From contig CAZUKY010000001.1 in the NCBI GenBank assembly GCA_964621085.1, positions 100,937 to 164,936 of the forward strand: a stretch of 64,000 nucleotides of DNA, read 5' to 3'. This document shows positions 37,096 to 46,199 of this stretch, one piece after another. Positions within the stretch are counted from its first letter, which is position 1; every line of letters starts with the position of its first letter. Both the position numbers and the translations under genes were made by a program. The stretch comes from an uncultured Gammaproteobacteria bacterium (GTDB lineage Bacteria; Patescibacteriota; Patescibacteriia; JACQRZ01). The notes beneath the pieces were generated by a model. That model did not search any database and was not told the DNA's origin. It saw only the letters and a list, made by a program, of their open reading frames with translations.

Positions 37096-37704
37096 ATGAA
37101 GCGCCACGCAATCTTGCGTACAATAAGCGTCTTCTGTTGCATCTGTGTCGCAGTAGCAGCAACTCCCGGCACGACTCTTGCCCAAACATGGAGCACATCT
37201 GGACCATCGATCATCCAGTCAAATAAGCCGCTGTACGTGTATTGCGAGAGCTGCCCTCCATCAGCGCCGCTTACCGCTCCTGTAGCGCCGCCATCAGTGC
37301 GCATGCTTCCATCGCAATATTATCCATCGCCAACACCTCCTTCACAGGATCCATCCCCTTACTACCCTTTATATCCGTCGCCAACGCCGGCTCCCTCATA
37401 CCCCGCCCCGACTCCGCCCGCACGCTACATCCAAACGATCACTTCTGCACACAACAGTGCGACCGTCACCATCAATCCGGGCGACGAGATTCGACTTCAG
37501 CTTGACCCAGTCCCAATGTGGAGCATACGCGCGTATGACGCGGGCATTTTGAGAAAAATTGAGGGCGGCGACGGCCGCGAGACGCACGGAACATTTCGCG
37601 CGCTCCGCTCTGGCGCGACAGATCTCGTTCTTCACGGTTTCCAGCAGTGCTTTGCGCCGCCGTGTCCGCGGCAGATCTTTCAAATCCGAGTGATCGTCCG
37701 ATAA
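37096..37704 (+). CDS. secreted Pro-rich protein with C-terminal chagasin-like (I42) beta-domain
   Basis: signal peptide, PSPTPP linker, C-terminal TVTINPGDEIRLQLDPVP...W...GATDLVL pattern. Confidence 0.4.
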   Translation: MKRHAILRTISVFCCICVAVAATPGTTLAQTWSTSGPSIIQSNKPLYVYCESCPPSAPLTAPVAPPSVRMLPSQYYPSPTPPSQDPSPYYPLYPSPTPAPSYPAPTPPARYIQTITSAHNSATVTINPGDEIRLQLDPVPMWSIRAYDAGILRKIEGGDGRETHGTFRALRSGATDLVLHGFQQCFAPPCPRQIFQIRVIVR

Positions 37705-37755
37705 TCATCCGGTCAGTCACTCGAGGGCGGTTGGATTGTTTAGAAAGGGGGCGTC

Positions 37756-38391
37756 ATGCGACGCGCATTGAAAATCCTTGCAGTCGCAACACTGTTTGGG
37801 ATACCGACTGGGGCCTTCGACGCGCCTGTCGCCTCTGCGCAACAACAGCAGTCGCGGGACGATCTGCTTCGCACCCTCATTGCAACCCATCCGACACCCG
37901 ACATTCGAACACTGGATACCTGGTTGCGCACCGGGACCGTCAGTCTCATCTATGAGCCGCGGGTTCGCGAAATGGTCGTGCAGCTTTTGAACGCAGGACC
38001 CGCGCTTCTGGTCAACGAGCACTTTCTCAGGACGGCGGATATCCGGTATCAGTACCTTGCGCTCACCCACGCGTACCGCCGGCTGCAGGAGCACTTCTTC
38101 GGAAATTTTCCGCTTCTGGCGCAACGGCCGACAACTGCCCCGGAAGCCACAGAGCATGCGCGCATCATCTGGAACTCGGAACTGATTGCCACCCGCGCGC
38201 AATGGCAACTTGCCAAGCAGCTCGGCGTTCCTCACTTCCTCCCGATCCTCGTACGCAATGCGCAAACGTACGGTGACACGGAGCGTGCGCTGATCCATAG
38301 CGTCTATGAGATGCGCCGCCAAGACGTACCCGCCGAGCTACAGGCGGAGTTCAGCCGGCAGTATACTCAAAGCCTTGCCGGGGTCCGCTAG
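37756..38391 (+). CDS. hypothetical secreted protein
   Basis: signal peptide MRRALKILAVATLFGIPTGAFDAPVASA; the antisense ORF is less plausible. Confidence 0.4.
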   Translation: MRRALKILAVATLFGIPTGAFDAPVASAQQQQSRDDLLRTLIATHPTPDIRTLDTWLRTGTVSLIYEPRVREMVVQLLNAGPALLVNEHFLRTADIRYQYLALTHAYRRLQEHFFGNFPLLAQRPTTAPEATEHARIIWNSELIATRAQWQLAKQLGVPHFLPILVRNAQTYGDTERALIHSVYEMRRQDVPAELQAEFSRQYTQSLAGVR

Positions 38392-38440
38392 ACGACGTAC
38401 CGGTATGAGCATCTCCACATATTCGCATGTGCGCGGCTGA

Positions 38441-38480
38441 AAAAATAACGCCCGGGAACACAAACCCGGGCGATCTTTAT
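38441..38480 (+). terminator. hairpin cgcccggg-aacacaaa-cccgggcg
   Basis: downstream of the 37756..38391 gene. Confidence 0.45.
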
Positions 38481-38552
38481 TAGATTTCCAGGGGTAACAT
38501 GCTACACGGATGCTCGACATCCGTTCTCTCATCGCTTAAATGGAAGATGTAC

Positions 38553-38585
38553 GGGTTCGCACATGTGCGGACCCCTTTCTTTTTA
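38553..38585 (+). terminator. rho-independent terminator gggttcgcaca-tg-tgcggaccc followed by ctttcttttt
   Basis: strong hairpin plus T-run. Confidence 0.55.
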
Positions 38586-38645
38586 AAAAATTGAAGCTTG
38601 TACTACACTAAAAACAATATTTTTTGACGCTGAAAACTCTGCGCC

Positions 38646-39338
38646 ATGAAAATCTCGCGGAAAAAATGGCTCGGTGTCGCAATAGGTTTTGTTGTTCTTT
38701 TCTTGATCTTTTTTGATTTGCGTCATCTCTCCGATCCCATGCATGCGCTGGGCCATGGCTTGGTACGGTTGGGCATTCCGTTCGAACATGCGATGCGCTT
38801 GTGTCCCGCATTCCTCAAGTATGGCTGCGCACATGGCGCTATCATGCAACATATCGAGTCGGAGAGCCTCGAAATTTCTGCAGCATTTGCCACGTGCGAT
38901 GACCTGGAGGATAACCGCACACTTTATCGCAACTGCATTCACGGCGCCGGGCATATCGCATATCTCGCACAGAAATTACCGCCCGAAAAGGGCGTTCATA
39001 TATGCCATCAGTTTGAGAGCGATACGGCGCATGCGTGCGCGAGCGGCGTCTTTATGGAATATGCACTTAGTATGCACGCGCATGATTCGCAGTCACACTA
39101 CCGGCAGCTGCCCTGCAAGCGCATCGAGTGGCAGTATCAAGAAACATGCTATGCAAGCGAGGGATCATATCGGCAGTACCAGCCGGGCATCGAGTCATTT
39201 GCCGAGACGTTCGCATATTGCAACAGTATTCCGGCAGCATATCGTCTTAGTTGTCGCGCTGCAGCAGAAGAGCGCATGCGACTCTCATCTCTGTATCATC
39301 TATTTAATCATTTTATAAAACAGGACCTGCTGCCGTGA
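38646..39338 (+). CDS. membrane-anchored Cys/His-rich hypothetical protein
   Basis: N-terminal TM; repeated C-x-H-G-A motifs (CAHGAIMQH, CIHGAGHIAY, CASGVFMEY). Confidence 0.45.
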   Translation: MKISRKKWLGVAIGFVVLFLIFFDLRHLSDPMHALGHGLVRLGIPFEHAMRLCPAFLKYGCAHGAIMQHIESESLEISAAFATCDDLEDNRTLYRNCIHGAGHIAYLAQKLPPEKGVHICHQFESDTAHACASGVFMEYALSMHAHDSQSHYRQLPCKRIEWQYQETCYASEGSYRQYQPGIESFAETFAYCNSIPAAYRLSCRAAAEERMRLSSLYHLFNHFIKQDLLP

Positions 39339-39374
39339 CAACGGGTCCTTATAGTAGCCAGGTTGTGCCGCGTA

Positions 39375-39806
39375 TTATTCGGCGTTCGGGTAATGGTAAT
39401 TGATCATCCACTGAACGCCGAACTTGTCCTTCAGACTGCCGTAGTAATCGCCCCATGGCTGGTCGGCAATCGGCATTTCAACGACACCGCCATCACAGAG
39501 TGCATTGAATAGACGGTCCGCCTCTTCCTTACTATCCGGATGAATCGAAATGTAGGAGTGATTGCCAAAGCTCACCTTAAAACCCATGCTTTCCAGCGCA
39601 TCGGATGCCATAAGCATGTCACTGCCAATGGGAAGCGCGATGTGCATGATCTTATCCTGATCCGCCTCGGGAAGACTGACCCCTTCGATCGGCATATCCT
39701 TGAACCGAACCAAAGAGCGGAACTCGCCGCCGAAGACCGATTTATAAAAATTGAATGCCTCCTCGGCATTTCCAGGAAAATTCAGGTAGGTATTGAGTTT
39801 TGGCAT
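39375..39806 (-). CDS. VOC/glyoxalase-family protein (PhnB-like)
   Basis: 143 aa paired beta-alpha-beta-beta-beta modules. Confidence 0.65.
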   Translation of the reverse strand: MPKLNTYLNFPGNAEEAFNFYKSVFGGEFRSLVRFKDMPIEGVSLPEADQDKIMHIALPIGSDMLMASDALESMGFKVSFGNHSYISIHPDSKEEADRLFNALCDGGVVEMPIADQPWGDYYGSLKDKFGVQWMINYHYPNAE

Positions 39807-39878
39807 AGCAATCTCTGTCTATGAATGAGATTTCGTTAGTATACCGCGCCATTTCGCATACAGTCAATTCAAGATTGC

Positions 39879-40349
39879 TTGCGGGACGGCCCATCCCTAA
39901 TCTCTCCCTCGAGCGGAAGTAATACCAACCCGCTCAGAGCGTCCTTTATTGTACGACGATGTGGAGGACGTGCAGTGGCTCAATGCGAGATTTACGATAG
40001 CCCCGGAATGCGAGATACCTTGCAAACGGTCCTTGGTACTACCGAGGGTATTTGCGACGCTATCCTTATCAATGCCCACTATACTGCCAGCGGCACGCGA
40101 AGAATTTCCAGTCTTCATGGATTAGACATCGCCCTCAAGCTGCTTGAAAATAAAAGGGATGATCGCGTCATTATCATTTACAGCTTCTTCAGGCCAAGTG
40201 ACCACACCCTTATGGAAGATTCCAGATATAAGCAACTCCAAAAATGCAGCCGGGTTATTTTTACGGAGTTTCCCCTTATTACCGAGGCATTCGTCCCTAT
40301 CCTCAAAGAGGCGAAAAAGCGTCGGGCAAGGCGTTCATCCTCTAAGTAG
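39879..40349 (+). CDS. hypothetical protein
   Basis: ORF only; start uncertain (internal M at MRDTLQ). Confidence 0.3.
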   Translation: MRDGPSLISPSSGSNTNPLRASFIVRRCGGRAVAQCEIYDSPGMRDTLQTVLGTTEGICDAILINAHYTASGTRRISSLHGLDIALKLLENKRDDRVIIIYSFFRPSDHTLMEDSRYKQLQKCSRVIFTEFPLITEAFVPILKEAKKRRARRSSSK

Positions 40350-40423
40350 GTTACTTCAGTGCCGTCCGGCGGTTCTTGCCGGCGGCGCTTTTTACACTCC
40401 ATCGCATCGATACGATAAAATTT

Positions 40424-40975
40424 TTATAAACAAATCCTTCTTAGCGCCTTTCTCAATTCGCCGTGATGTGGGAGTGTATGTTCGACGAGCTTCCAGAACC
40501 TTTGCGAGTGGTTGAATTCTTTCAAATGACAGAGTTCATGCACGACGATGTAATCGATAAGTTGAAGCGAGAGATGGACGATGCGATAGTTGAAGTTCAA
40601 ATTTCCGCTCCGCGAGCAGCTACCCCACCGCGTGCGCTGGTTTCTAATCGCAATCCTGCCGATCGCAAAACCGTAAAAACCGTTGAAGTACTCAATGCGC
40701 GAGCGCACTAAGGAAAGAGCATCATGACGCAGATGTTCATACTCTTCTCGAGATCTCTGCGATAGTCCCAGTGCCTTGAAAAAATTGATTTTGCTGACAA
40801 TCCAATCGATTTTCTTTGCGACAATTTCCTCTATACGCATAGCAGGCACGCGAGTCGGTTGCGTGACAAAAACAGCCCCATCGCAACTCACCGAAATGCG
40901 CACATGCTTTGCCCTTGCATTCTTGCGAACCGTATAGGAAATAGTCTGATCATGCGCTTGGATCGTTTTTTTCAT
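40424..40975 (-). CDS. YgjP-like (DUF45/M48-related) metal-dependent hydrolase
   Basis: C-terminal HELCHL zinc motif. Confidence 0.7.
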   Translation of the reverse strand: MKKTIQAHDQTISYTVRKNARAKHVRISVSCDGAVFVTQPTRVPAMRIEEIVAKKIDWIVSKINFFKALGLSQRSREEYEHLRHDALSLVRSRIEYFNGFYGFAIGRIAIRNQRTRWGSCSRSGNLNFNYRIVHLSLQLIDYIVVHELCHLKEFNHSQRFWKLVEHTLPHHGELRKALRRICL

Positions 40976-41003
40976 ACCATTTCAGAATATCATCGAAAGC
41001 ATA

Positions 41004-41047
41004 TTTTTTTAAACACAAAACCCAACCTTCCGGTTGGGTTTCGCGTT
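41004..41047 (-). terminator. terminator hairpin cccaacc-ttcc-ggttggg with T-rich tail directly 3' of tRNA-Gln(CTG)
   Basis: near-copy at 1166..1208. Confidence 0.55.
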
Positions 41048-41118
41048 CTGCGGGACTAGGATTCGAACCTAGATAGCGTGATTCAGAGTCACGAGTCCTG
41101 CCATTAGACGATCCCGCA
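41048..41118 (-). tRNA. tRNA-Gln (anticodon CTG)
   Basis: identical to tRNA-Gln(TTG) outside the anticodon arm (stem CGTGA/TCACG, loop CTCTGAA). Confidence 0.85.
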
Positions 41119-41162
41119 TCGCTTGGATAGTATACTCTTTTTCTTGGAAAAAATCAAGGGGC

Positions 41163-42272
41163 TTATACGTTCGCTTCTTTCACATCCGGCTTGACCGCTT
41201 GGCAACTGCGTACGATTGCCATCTCAAGCGGCAGCTGGGGTATGGTGAACCATCGGGCATCCCTCTGTGCCGTCGCAAAGGCGTCGATAATACGAAGAAT
41301 ATGCTCTTCACTCAAGCGTTCGGCCAGCGCCGCCGTTCGCTGACGCGACTGCTCGCCGCTCTCCCCGACCGCCTCTAACCCGTTTTTGATAAGTAATATA
41401 TCACGAAAGTAATCGATGAGGTCTGTCGTAAAGACGCCGAAATCAATCCCGTTTTCAATCAGGGCAGATACGGCAGCCAGGGCTTCCTGCTGCCGTCCCG
41501 CGACAATATCTTCGGCAAGCTGTAGCACGTACTCCCGATTCGATAGCGGAAGAATAAGCGAGGCAAGCTCCCGGTCGATCTTTTTCTCATGAAGCGCAAG
41601 CACTTGGCCCAGGAGACTTTCCGCATCGCGCTCGCATCCGCCAGAGAGGCTAATGATCTCATTGAGCACATCCGCGTCAACGTCTTTTTTCTCGGCGACA
41701 ATTATTTTTGCCAGCCGGGCGCGCATATCCTCCGGCTTGATCTTCTTAAAATCGAACCGCTGGCAGCGGGAAACGATTGTTGCCGGAACTTTGTGCAGCT
41801 CGGTTGTTGCAAGAATGAAGAGCACATGCGACGGCGGCTCTTCGAGCACTTTCAACAAGGCGTTGAATGCCGAGATCGAGAGCATGTGCACCTCATCGAT
41901 GATAAATACTTTGTACCGCAAGCCGCTGCTTGCGACGCGCGAGGCAGCGATGATGTTTTCGCGGACGTTATCAACCCCGGTGTGCGATGCGGCATCGATC
42001 TCGATGATATCCATGGATCGCCCGTCCAAAATCATTGCGCAGACATCGCAATCATTGCATGGCTCGCTTTCGGCCTCGCTGCGCTTGAGGCAGTTGACTG
42101 CGCGCGACAGGATCCGCGCCGTAGTGGTCTTGCCGACGGCTCGCGGTCCGGAAAAAAGATACGCATGCGTAAGCACTCCGCGTGCAATCTCGTTTTGCAA
42201 CGTCGTTTTGACGTGCTCTTGCCCTGCAATATCCGCAAAGGTGAGCGGACGATACTTTCGATACAATGACAT
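41163..42272 (-). CDS. dnaX: DNA polymerase III gamma/tau subunit (short form)
   Basis: HAYLFSGPRAVGKTT, FIIDEVHML, SRCQRF sensor. Confidence 0.85.
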   Translation of the reverse strand: MSLYRKYRPLTFADIAGQEHVKTTLQNEIARGVLTHAYLFSGPRAVGKTTTARILSRAVNCLKRSEAESEPCNDCDVCAMILDGRSMDIIEIDAASHTGVDNVRENIIAASRVASSGLRYKVFIIDEVHMLSISAFNALLKVLEEPPSHVLFILATTELHKVPATIVSRCQRFDFKKIKPEDMRARLAKIIVAEKKDVDADVLNEIISLSGGCERDAESLLGQVLALHEKKIDRELASLILPLSNREYVLQLAEDIVAGRQQEALAAVSALIENGIDFGVFTTDLIDYFRDILLIKNGLEAVGESGEQSRQRTAALAERLSEEHILRIIDAFATAQRDARWFTIPQLPLEMAIVRSCQAVKPDVKEANV

Positions 42273-42288
42273 ACTGCTCGCGCGTGTC

Positions 42289-43149
42289 CTAATATTTCTT
42301 GATGATATTTTCTACGGCGCCCCATCGGCTCGCCCGTCCGGCAGGCACCAACAGCACGACCTCATCTCCCGGCAAGCCCTTGTAATACGTGACGCTTGCC
42401 GTCAGAACGCGCCATCGATGATCCGATGACCGGACAAAGTACTCGCCGCTGCCCTCCACTTCCAAGTATCCGATGGCGCGACGGCGCTCGATCGGATGAA
42501 TCTGCTTGTAGATAAACGAGCCATTATGCGCGATCGTCAACTTCATCCCATCACCCTCCACAAGCTTTGACTTTGAAGCGTAATTCGGTGGTATACTGTA
42601 CTGTTTGCCTGCCGTGTCGCGCATATGCTGCCCATCAAAAATACCCTCGACAACCGTTTCAGATGGCGCGTATGGCAGTGATTGATTCGATACCGCATCG
42701 GATGCGCGCGCTGCCGCATGCTGCTCTATAGGCATATGCGTACTACCCCCTCCGGTCTGCGTGCGCGTAAGGATTCCCAGGACACGCTCGCATGCGGACT
42801 TGAGCGACTCGACGGCTGTTTTCAGTTCGTGTGATGTTTGGTCGGAATCTGACGATACCGCACGATCGCCTTCCCTCTGAGCGGAATCCGCTTCGGGATC
42901 TTTTTTTTCAGGCTGTACGGTTCTGATTGCCGTGTCAAAAAGCGTCGATGCGAGCATTTCGAGAGAGTCGTCGGCTTTTTGCGTCGAATCGCGGGACGGC
43001 ATGCCCTGCGCCCCGTGAGGGTGCGGATACAAGTATGACATAGCGTTGCCGAAACCCGCGGCCATGCGGGTTTCGCTTTTTATTTTCGTTTTCCTTTTGA
43101 TTTTTTCTTTTTCTTTCCCTACCGTACCACCTTTCGCTGTCGATTTCAA
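42289..43149 (-). CDS. hypothetical protein with conserved C-terminal beta-rich domain
   Basis: 286 aa; Lys-rich N-terminus, low-complexity middle; 3-nt gap to the ATPase gene upstream. Confidence 0.45.
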   Translation of the reverse strand: MKSTAKGGTVGKEKEKIKRKTKIKSETRMAAGFGNAMSYLYPHPHGAQGMPSRDSTQKADDSLEMLASTLFDTAIRTVQPEKKDPEADSAQREGDRAVSSDSDQTSHELKTAVESLKSACERVLGILTRTQTGGGSTHMPIEQHAAARASDAVSNQSLPYAPSETVVEGIFDGQHMRDTAGKQYSIPPNYASKSKLVEGDGMKLTIAHNGSFIYKQIHPIERRRAIGYLEVEGSGEYFVRSSDHRWRVLTASVTYYKGLPGDEVVLLVPAGRASRWGAVENIIKKY

Positions 43150-43152
43150 GCC

Positions 43153-45666
43153 TTACCAACTCTCGCCGCCGAGCTTTGAACGTTCGAGAATCTCAGCCTC
43201 CACGAGCGACCGATCGCGGCCGTATTTCAAGCGGGAAAGCTGCCGGATTGCTGCTGCGATCTTCGGATCGCCAATAGGCGGCGGCAGCGTCGCCATGTTA
43301 AAGGGTCGTGCAGCGGCATTATCGATCATGAGGCGGATATACGCTGTCCGCTGGGCAATATTCATCACATCAAACTCGTTGAAGACCGGCGCCATCTGCT
43401 TTGCGATGATTTCCGAATCATCGACGCCAACGCGGAACGCTATAATGCTGCCGACGTTTCCAAAAACCGCATCGCGCACCTTGGTATCGCCGGCCTTTGG
43501 CATCAGCTGCGCGACGAACTGATGTCCCAAAATAAGATTAAGCCGGTACTTGCGCGCTTCAGACAGGATAGTCGCGATGCTGTCGGTGATGAAGTTCTGG
43601 AACTCGTCGATATAGAGAAAGAAGTCGTGCCGATCTTTTTCATGCATGTCGGCCCGCGCTAAGGCGGCCATCTGAAGCTTTGTCACAATAATAAGACCCA
43701 AAAGATTGCTGTTCATCTCGCCGATCTGGCCCTTGGACAGATTTACCAAGAGAATCTTTTTCTTGTCCATGATCTCGCGGAAATTGAACCCGGAACGCGC
43801 CTGGCCGATGATATTGCGGATCATGTTGTTCTCAATGAAGCGACCGATTTTTGACACCAAATACGGCAGCATCTCGCCTTTGGTCTGGCCCGATGTCTGC
43901 GGTAGCTCCTTTTCCCAAAATGCCCGAATGATCGGATCGGTCACTTTTTGCAGCATGTGCTGCTGGAACTCCTTGTCGGTCAGAATGCGCGGTATCTCGA
44001 CGATGGTATTCGGATCATCCGGATGTGCCATGAGCGTGAGCATGGCGTTTCTCATGTAGTGCTCGAACATCGGCCCGATCATGGACGGGTCGGTCACCAG
44101 ACGGTAAAAAATCGCGATCATCTCTTGCGCGACGAAGTCCTTCTCCTCCTCCGTGCTCGCCTCGAGCATGTTCAACCCGACCGGACGCTCAACATCTGCG
44201 GGCTCGAACAGAATCACGTCATCGGCGCGTTCCGGCGGAATATTTTCCAAAATGGTCTGCAAATCCTGGCCGTGCGGATCGATATAGCAGCAGCCATGCC
44301 CGTTTCGAATATCTTGGACCATCATATTGAGCATGATGGTCGACTTTCCGACGCCGGTCATACCGATGACATAGACGTGACGCCGCCGGTCGGCCGGAAG
44401 CATGCGCACCAACTGCTTCTTGCCGCGGTAATTCGTCTCGCCGAGAATGATGCCCTCGGACGGCAGGTTGTGCGGCGGCGGTGCCGATCGCGCCTTGAGC
44501 CAGTCGATATTCGGCGTTTCCGTACTGGAAAGCGGCATATGATACAGGCTCGCGAGTTCTTCCGTATTCAGAACGATCACGCGCTTCTCATCGAAATTGC
44601 GATACAGCGCGTTGCGGATCATCTTGGACGCAGAAAAGTACTTCTGCTTTCGAAAATTAATGCCGGATTCTGGCCCCATGTACTGTGCAAAGGCGTTGGT
44701 AATATTGAAAAGATGCATCTTTGCGACATGCGCGTCATCCGCGACTGCGAGGATGCGGATATTCGTCTCAAAACCGACCTTCGAGCTTTTTTCCTCCATT
44801 GCCTTTATCAGCTCTTGCTCGAATGGCGAAAGCTTCGGCGAGCTGGCCGCCTCTTGCTGCTCTTTCAGTTTTTCCTTCTGGCCGGAAAAAACCGCCTTCC
44901 CGATCCAGCTGAACATGCTTTTGCCGTGCATCGCCTCTTCGAGACTCTTGCCTTTTTGCATATCGCGCGCAACCTTCTGCCCTCGCGCGCGCCAGCCCTT
45001 TTTCGCCGTCCGTATCATAATCTGGATCGCCGCTCCTTGCGATTCCTCGACCTTGCTGAGCGCATTGGTAAGTCCATTCAGAGGATCGGAATCCATTTTT
45101 TTATAGGATTTCAACGGAAAGATCCATGATTTTGTCAGAAGCAGCGGAGCGATCTCGATGACCCCGCGCGGACGGAAGATGTTATAATCGTCAACGACAG
45201 ACAGCTCGGCAGACGGGTATTGCGCGTGAAGCTGCTGCTCGAAAAATGCATGCAGATGCTCAGGGACGACCGCATAAAACTTGATCAGTCCCCCGCTTGC
45301 GACAATTTCAAGCGCGATCTGGTCGTCGCGCCCCAGAAAAAAAGAGCGCAGCTTGTTGCGGGATTTGACGTTCCCCAGCGTCATGTAAAACGCCTCAGCC
45401 ACGGCAATGAGTTCTTTGTAGTTTTTCTGGGATGATTTTTCCTCTTCTTCTTTTTTTGCGCCTTCCTTGGGCACGCGGATTTGGATAATCTTTTTATTGA
45501 GCGCAAGCGGAATCGCGAAGATGCGATGCAGCGCCGTTCGGACAATAATAAGCAAAAGCCACACCGCTGCAATACTTACCGTGCCGGCGAATGCAAAGAA
45601 AAAAAGCTCATTTTGCGCAATGAACTCAGCAAAGCTCGGCAGATTTTCCACAATCTGCTCATCCAT
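43153..45666 (-). CDS. FtsK/HerA-superfamily ATPase, type IV secretion VirB4/VirD4 (coupling protein)-like, with N-terminal TM
   Basis: 837 aa; Walker A GMTGVGKST, DPHGQ, Walker B FFLYIDEFQNF, C-terminal all-alpha region; N-terminal TM helix. Confidence 0.55.
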   Translation of the reverse strand: MDEQIVENLPSFAEFIAQNELFFFAFAGTVSIAAVWLLLIIVRTALHRIFAIPLALNKKIIQIRVPKEGAKKEEEEKSSQKNYKELIAVAEAFYMTLGNVKSRNKLRSFFLGRDDQIALEIVASGGLIKFYAVVPEHLHAFFEQQLHAQYPSAELSVVDDYNIFRPRGVIEIAPLLLTKSWIFPLKSYKKMDSDPLNGLTNALSKVEESQGAAIQIMIRTAKKGWRARGQKVARDMQKGKSLEEAMHGKSMFSWIGKAVFSGQKEKLKEQQEAASSPKLSPFEQELIKAMEEKSSKVGFETNIRILAVADDAHVAKMHLFNITNAFAQYMGPESGINFRKQKYFSASKMIRNALYRNFDEKRVIVLNTEELASLYHMPLSSTETPNIDWLKARSAPPPHNLPSEGIILGETNYRGKKQLVRMLPADRRRHVYVIGMTGVGKSTIMLNMMVQDIRNGHGCCYIDPHGQDLQTILENIPPERADDVILFEPADVERPVGLNMLEASTEEEKDFVAQEMIAIFYRLVTDPSMIGPMFEHYMRNAMLTLMAHPDDPNTIVEIPRILTDKEFQQHMLQKVTDPIIRAFWEKELPQTSGQTKGEMLPYLVSKIGRFIENNMIRNIIGQARSGFNFREIMDKKKILLVNLSKGQIGEMNSNLLGLIIVTKLQMAALARADMHEKDRHDFFLYIDEFQNFITDSIATILSEARKYRLNLILGHQFVAQLMPKAGDTKVRDAVFGNVGSIIAFRVGVDDSEIIAKQMAPVFNEFDVMNIAQRTAYIRLMIDNAAARPFNMATLPPPIGDPKIAAAIRQLSRLKYGRDRSLVEAEILERSKLGGESW

Positions 45667-45677
45667 ATCTTAGAGCG

Positions 45678-46199
45678 CTAAATATCGAGATCTTTAAGGC
45701 TGAGGATCTTTTCTGCCTTGATTTTTGCCGCGCGCTCGACAAAAAATTTATTGATGCCCGGCACCAGCAAAAGCCACTCGCGAATCATGAGAATAACTGT
45801 GCGCAGTTTTATTTTTGCGCTTGCGACCATTGTTTCAAGCTTTCCGGCAAGGCGCTCCCCCTCGTCTCGAAACTGTTTGCGCTGTTCGGAGGAAAGCTGG
45901 CTGTACATATAAGAAAGGTCTTCCTCAAGCACCCGCTCGATATCAAGGCGCAGCTCTGTCTTTTCTTGAGTGACGGGTCGGGGCAAGGTTTGGGCCAGTG
46001 GCGAAATAGCTGGCGCAGATCCGTCTTCTTTTTCGGTTGGCGTACTCGAGTGCCGCTCAGGCACTGGACGGACCTCCCCCTTCTCTGGCGGCAATGGTTC
46101 TGCTGTCTCAAGAAAGTGCTCGGCTTCCTGCTGGGGAATGGAAAGCTTTTCGTTTTCGTCTGACATAGATGAAGTCTTACTGAGCAGGTCCGGCTGCAC
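45678..46199 (-). CDS. hypothetical protein
   Basis: 173 aa; overlaps the upstream membrane-protein gene by 23 nt, suggesting co-translation. Confidence 0.4.
   Translation of the reverse strand: MQPDLLSKTSSMSDENEKLSIPQQEAEHFLETAEPLPPEKGEVRPVPERHSSTPTEKEDGSAPAISPLAQTLPRPVTQEKTELRLDIERVLEEDLSYMYSQLSSEQRKQFRDEGERLAGKLETMVASAKIKLRTVILMIREWLLLVPGINKFFVERAAKIKAEKILSLKDLDI

Noticed and set aside
37717-38322. 201-aa minus-strand ORF
   Set aside because: The opposite-strand ORF (37756..38391) has a clean signal peptide and is followed by terminators in its own orientation.
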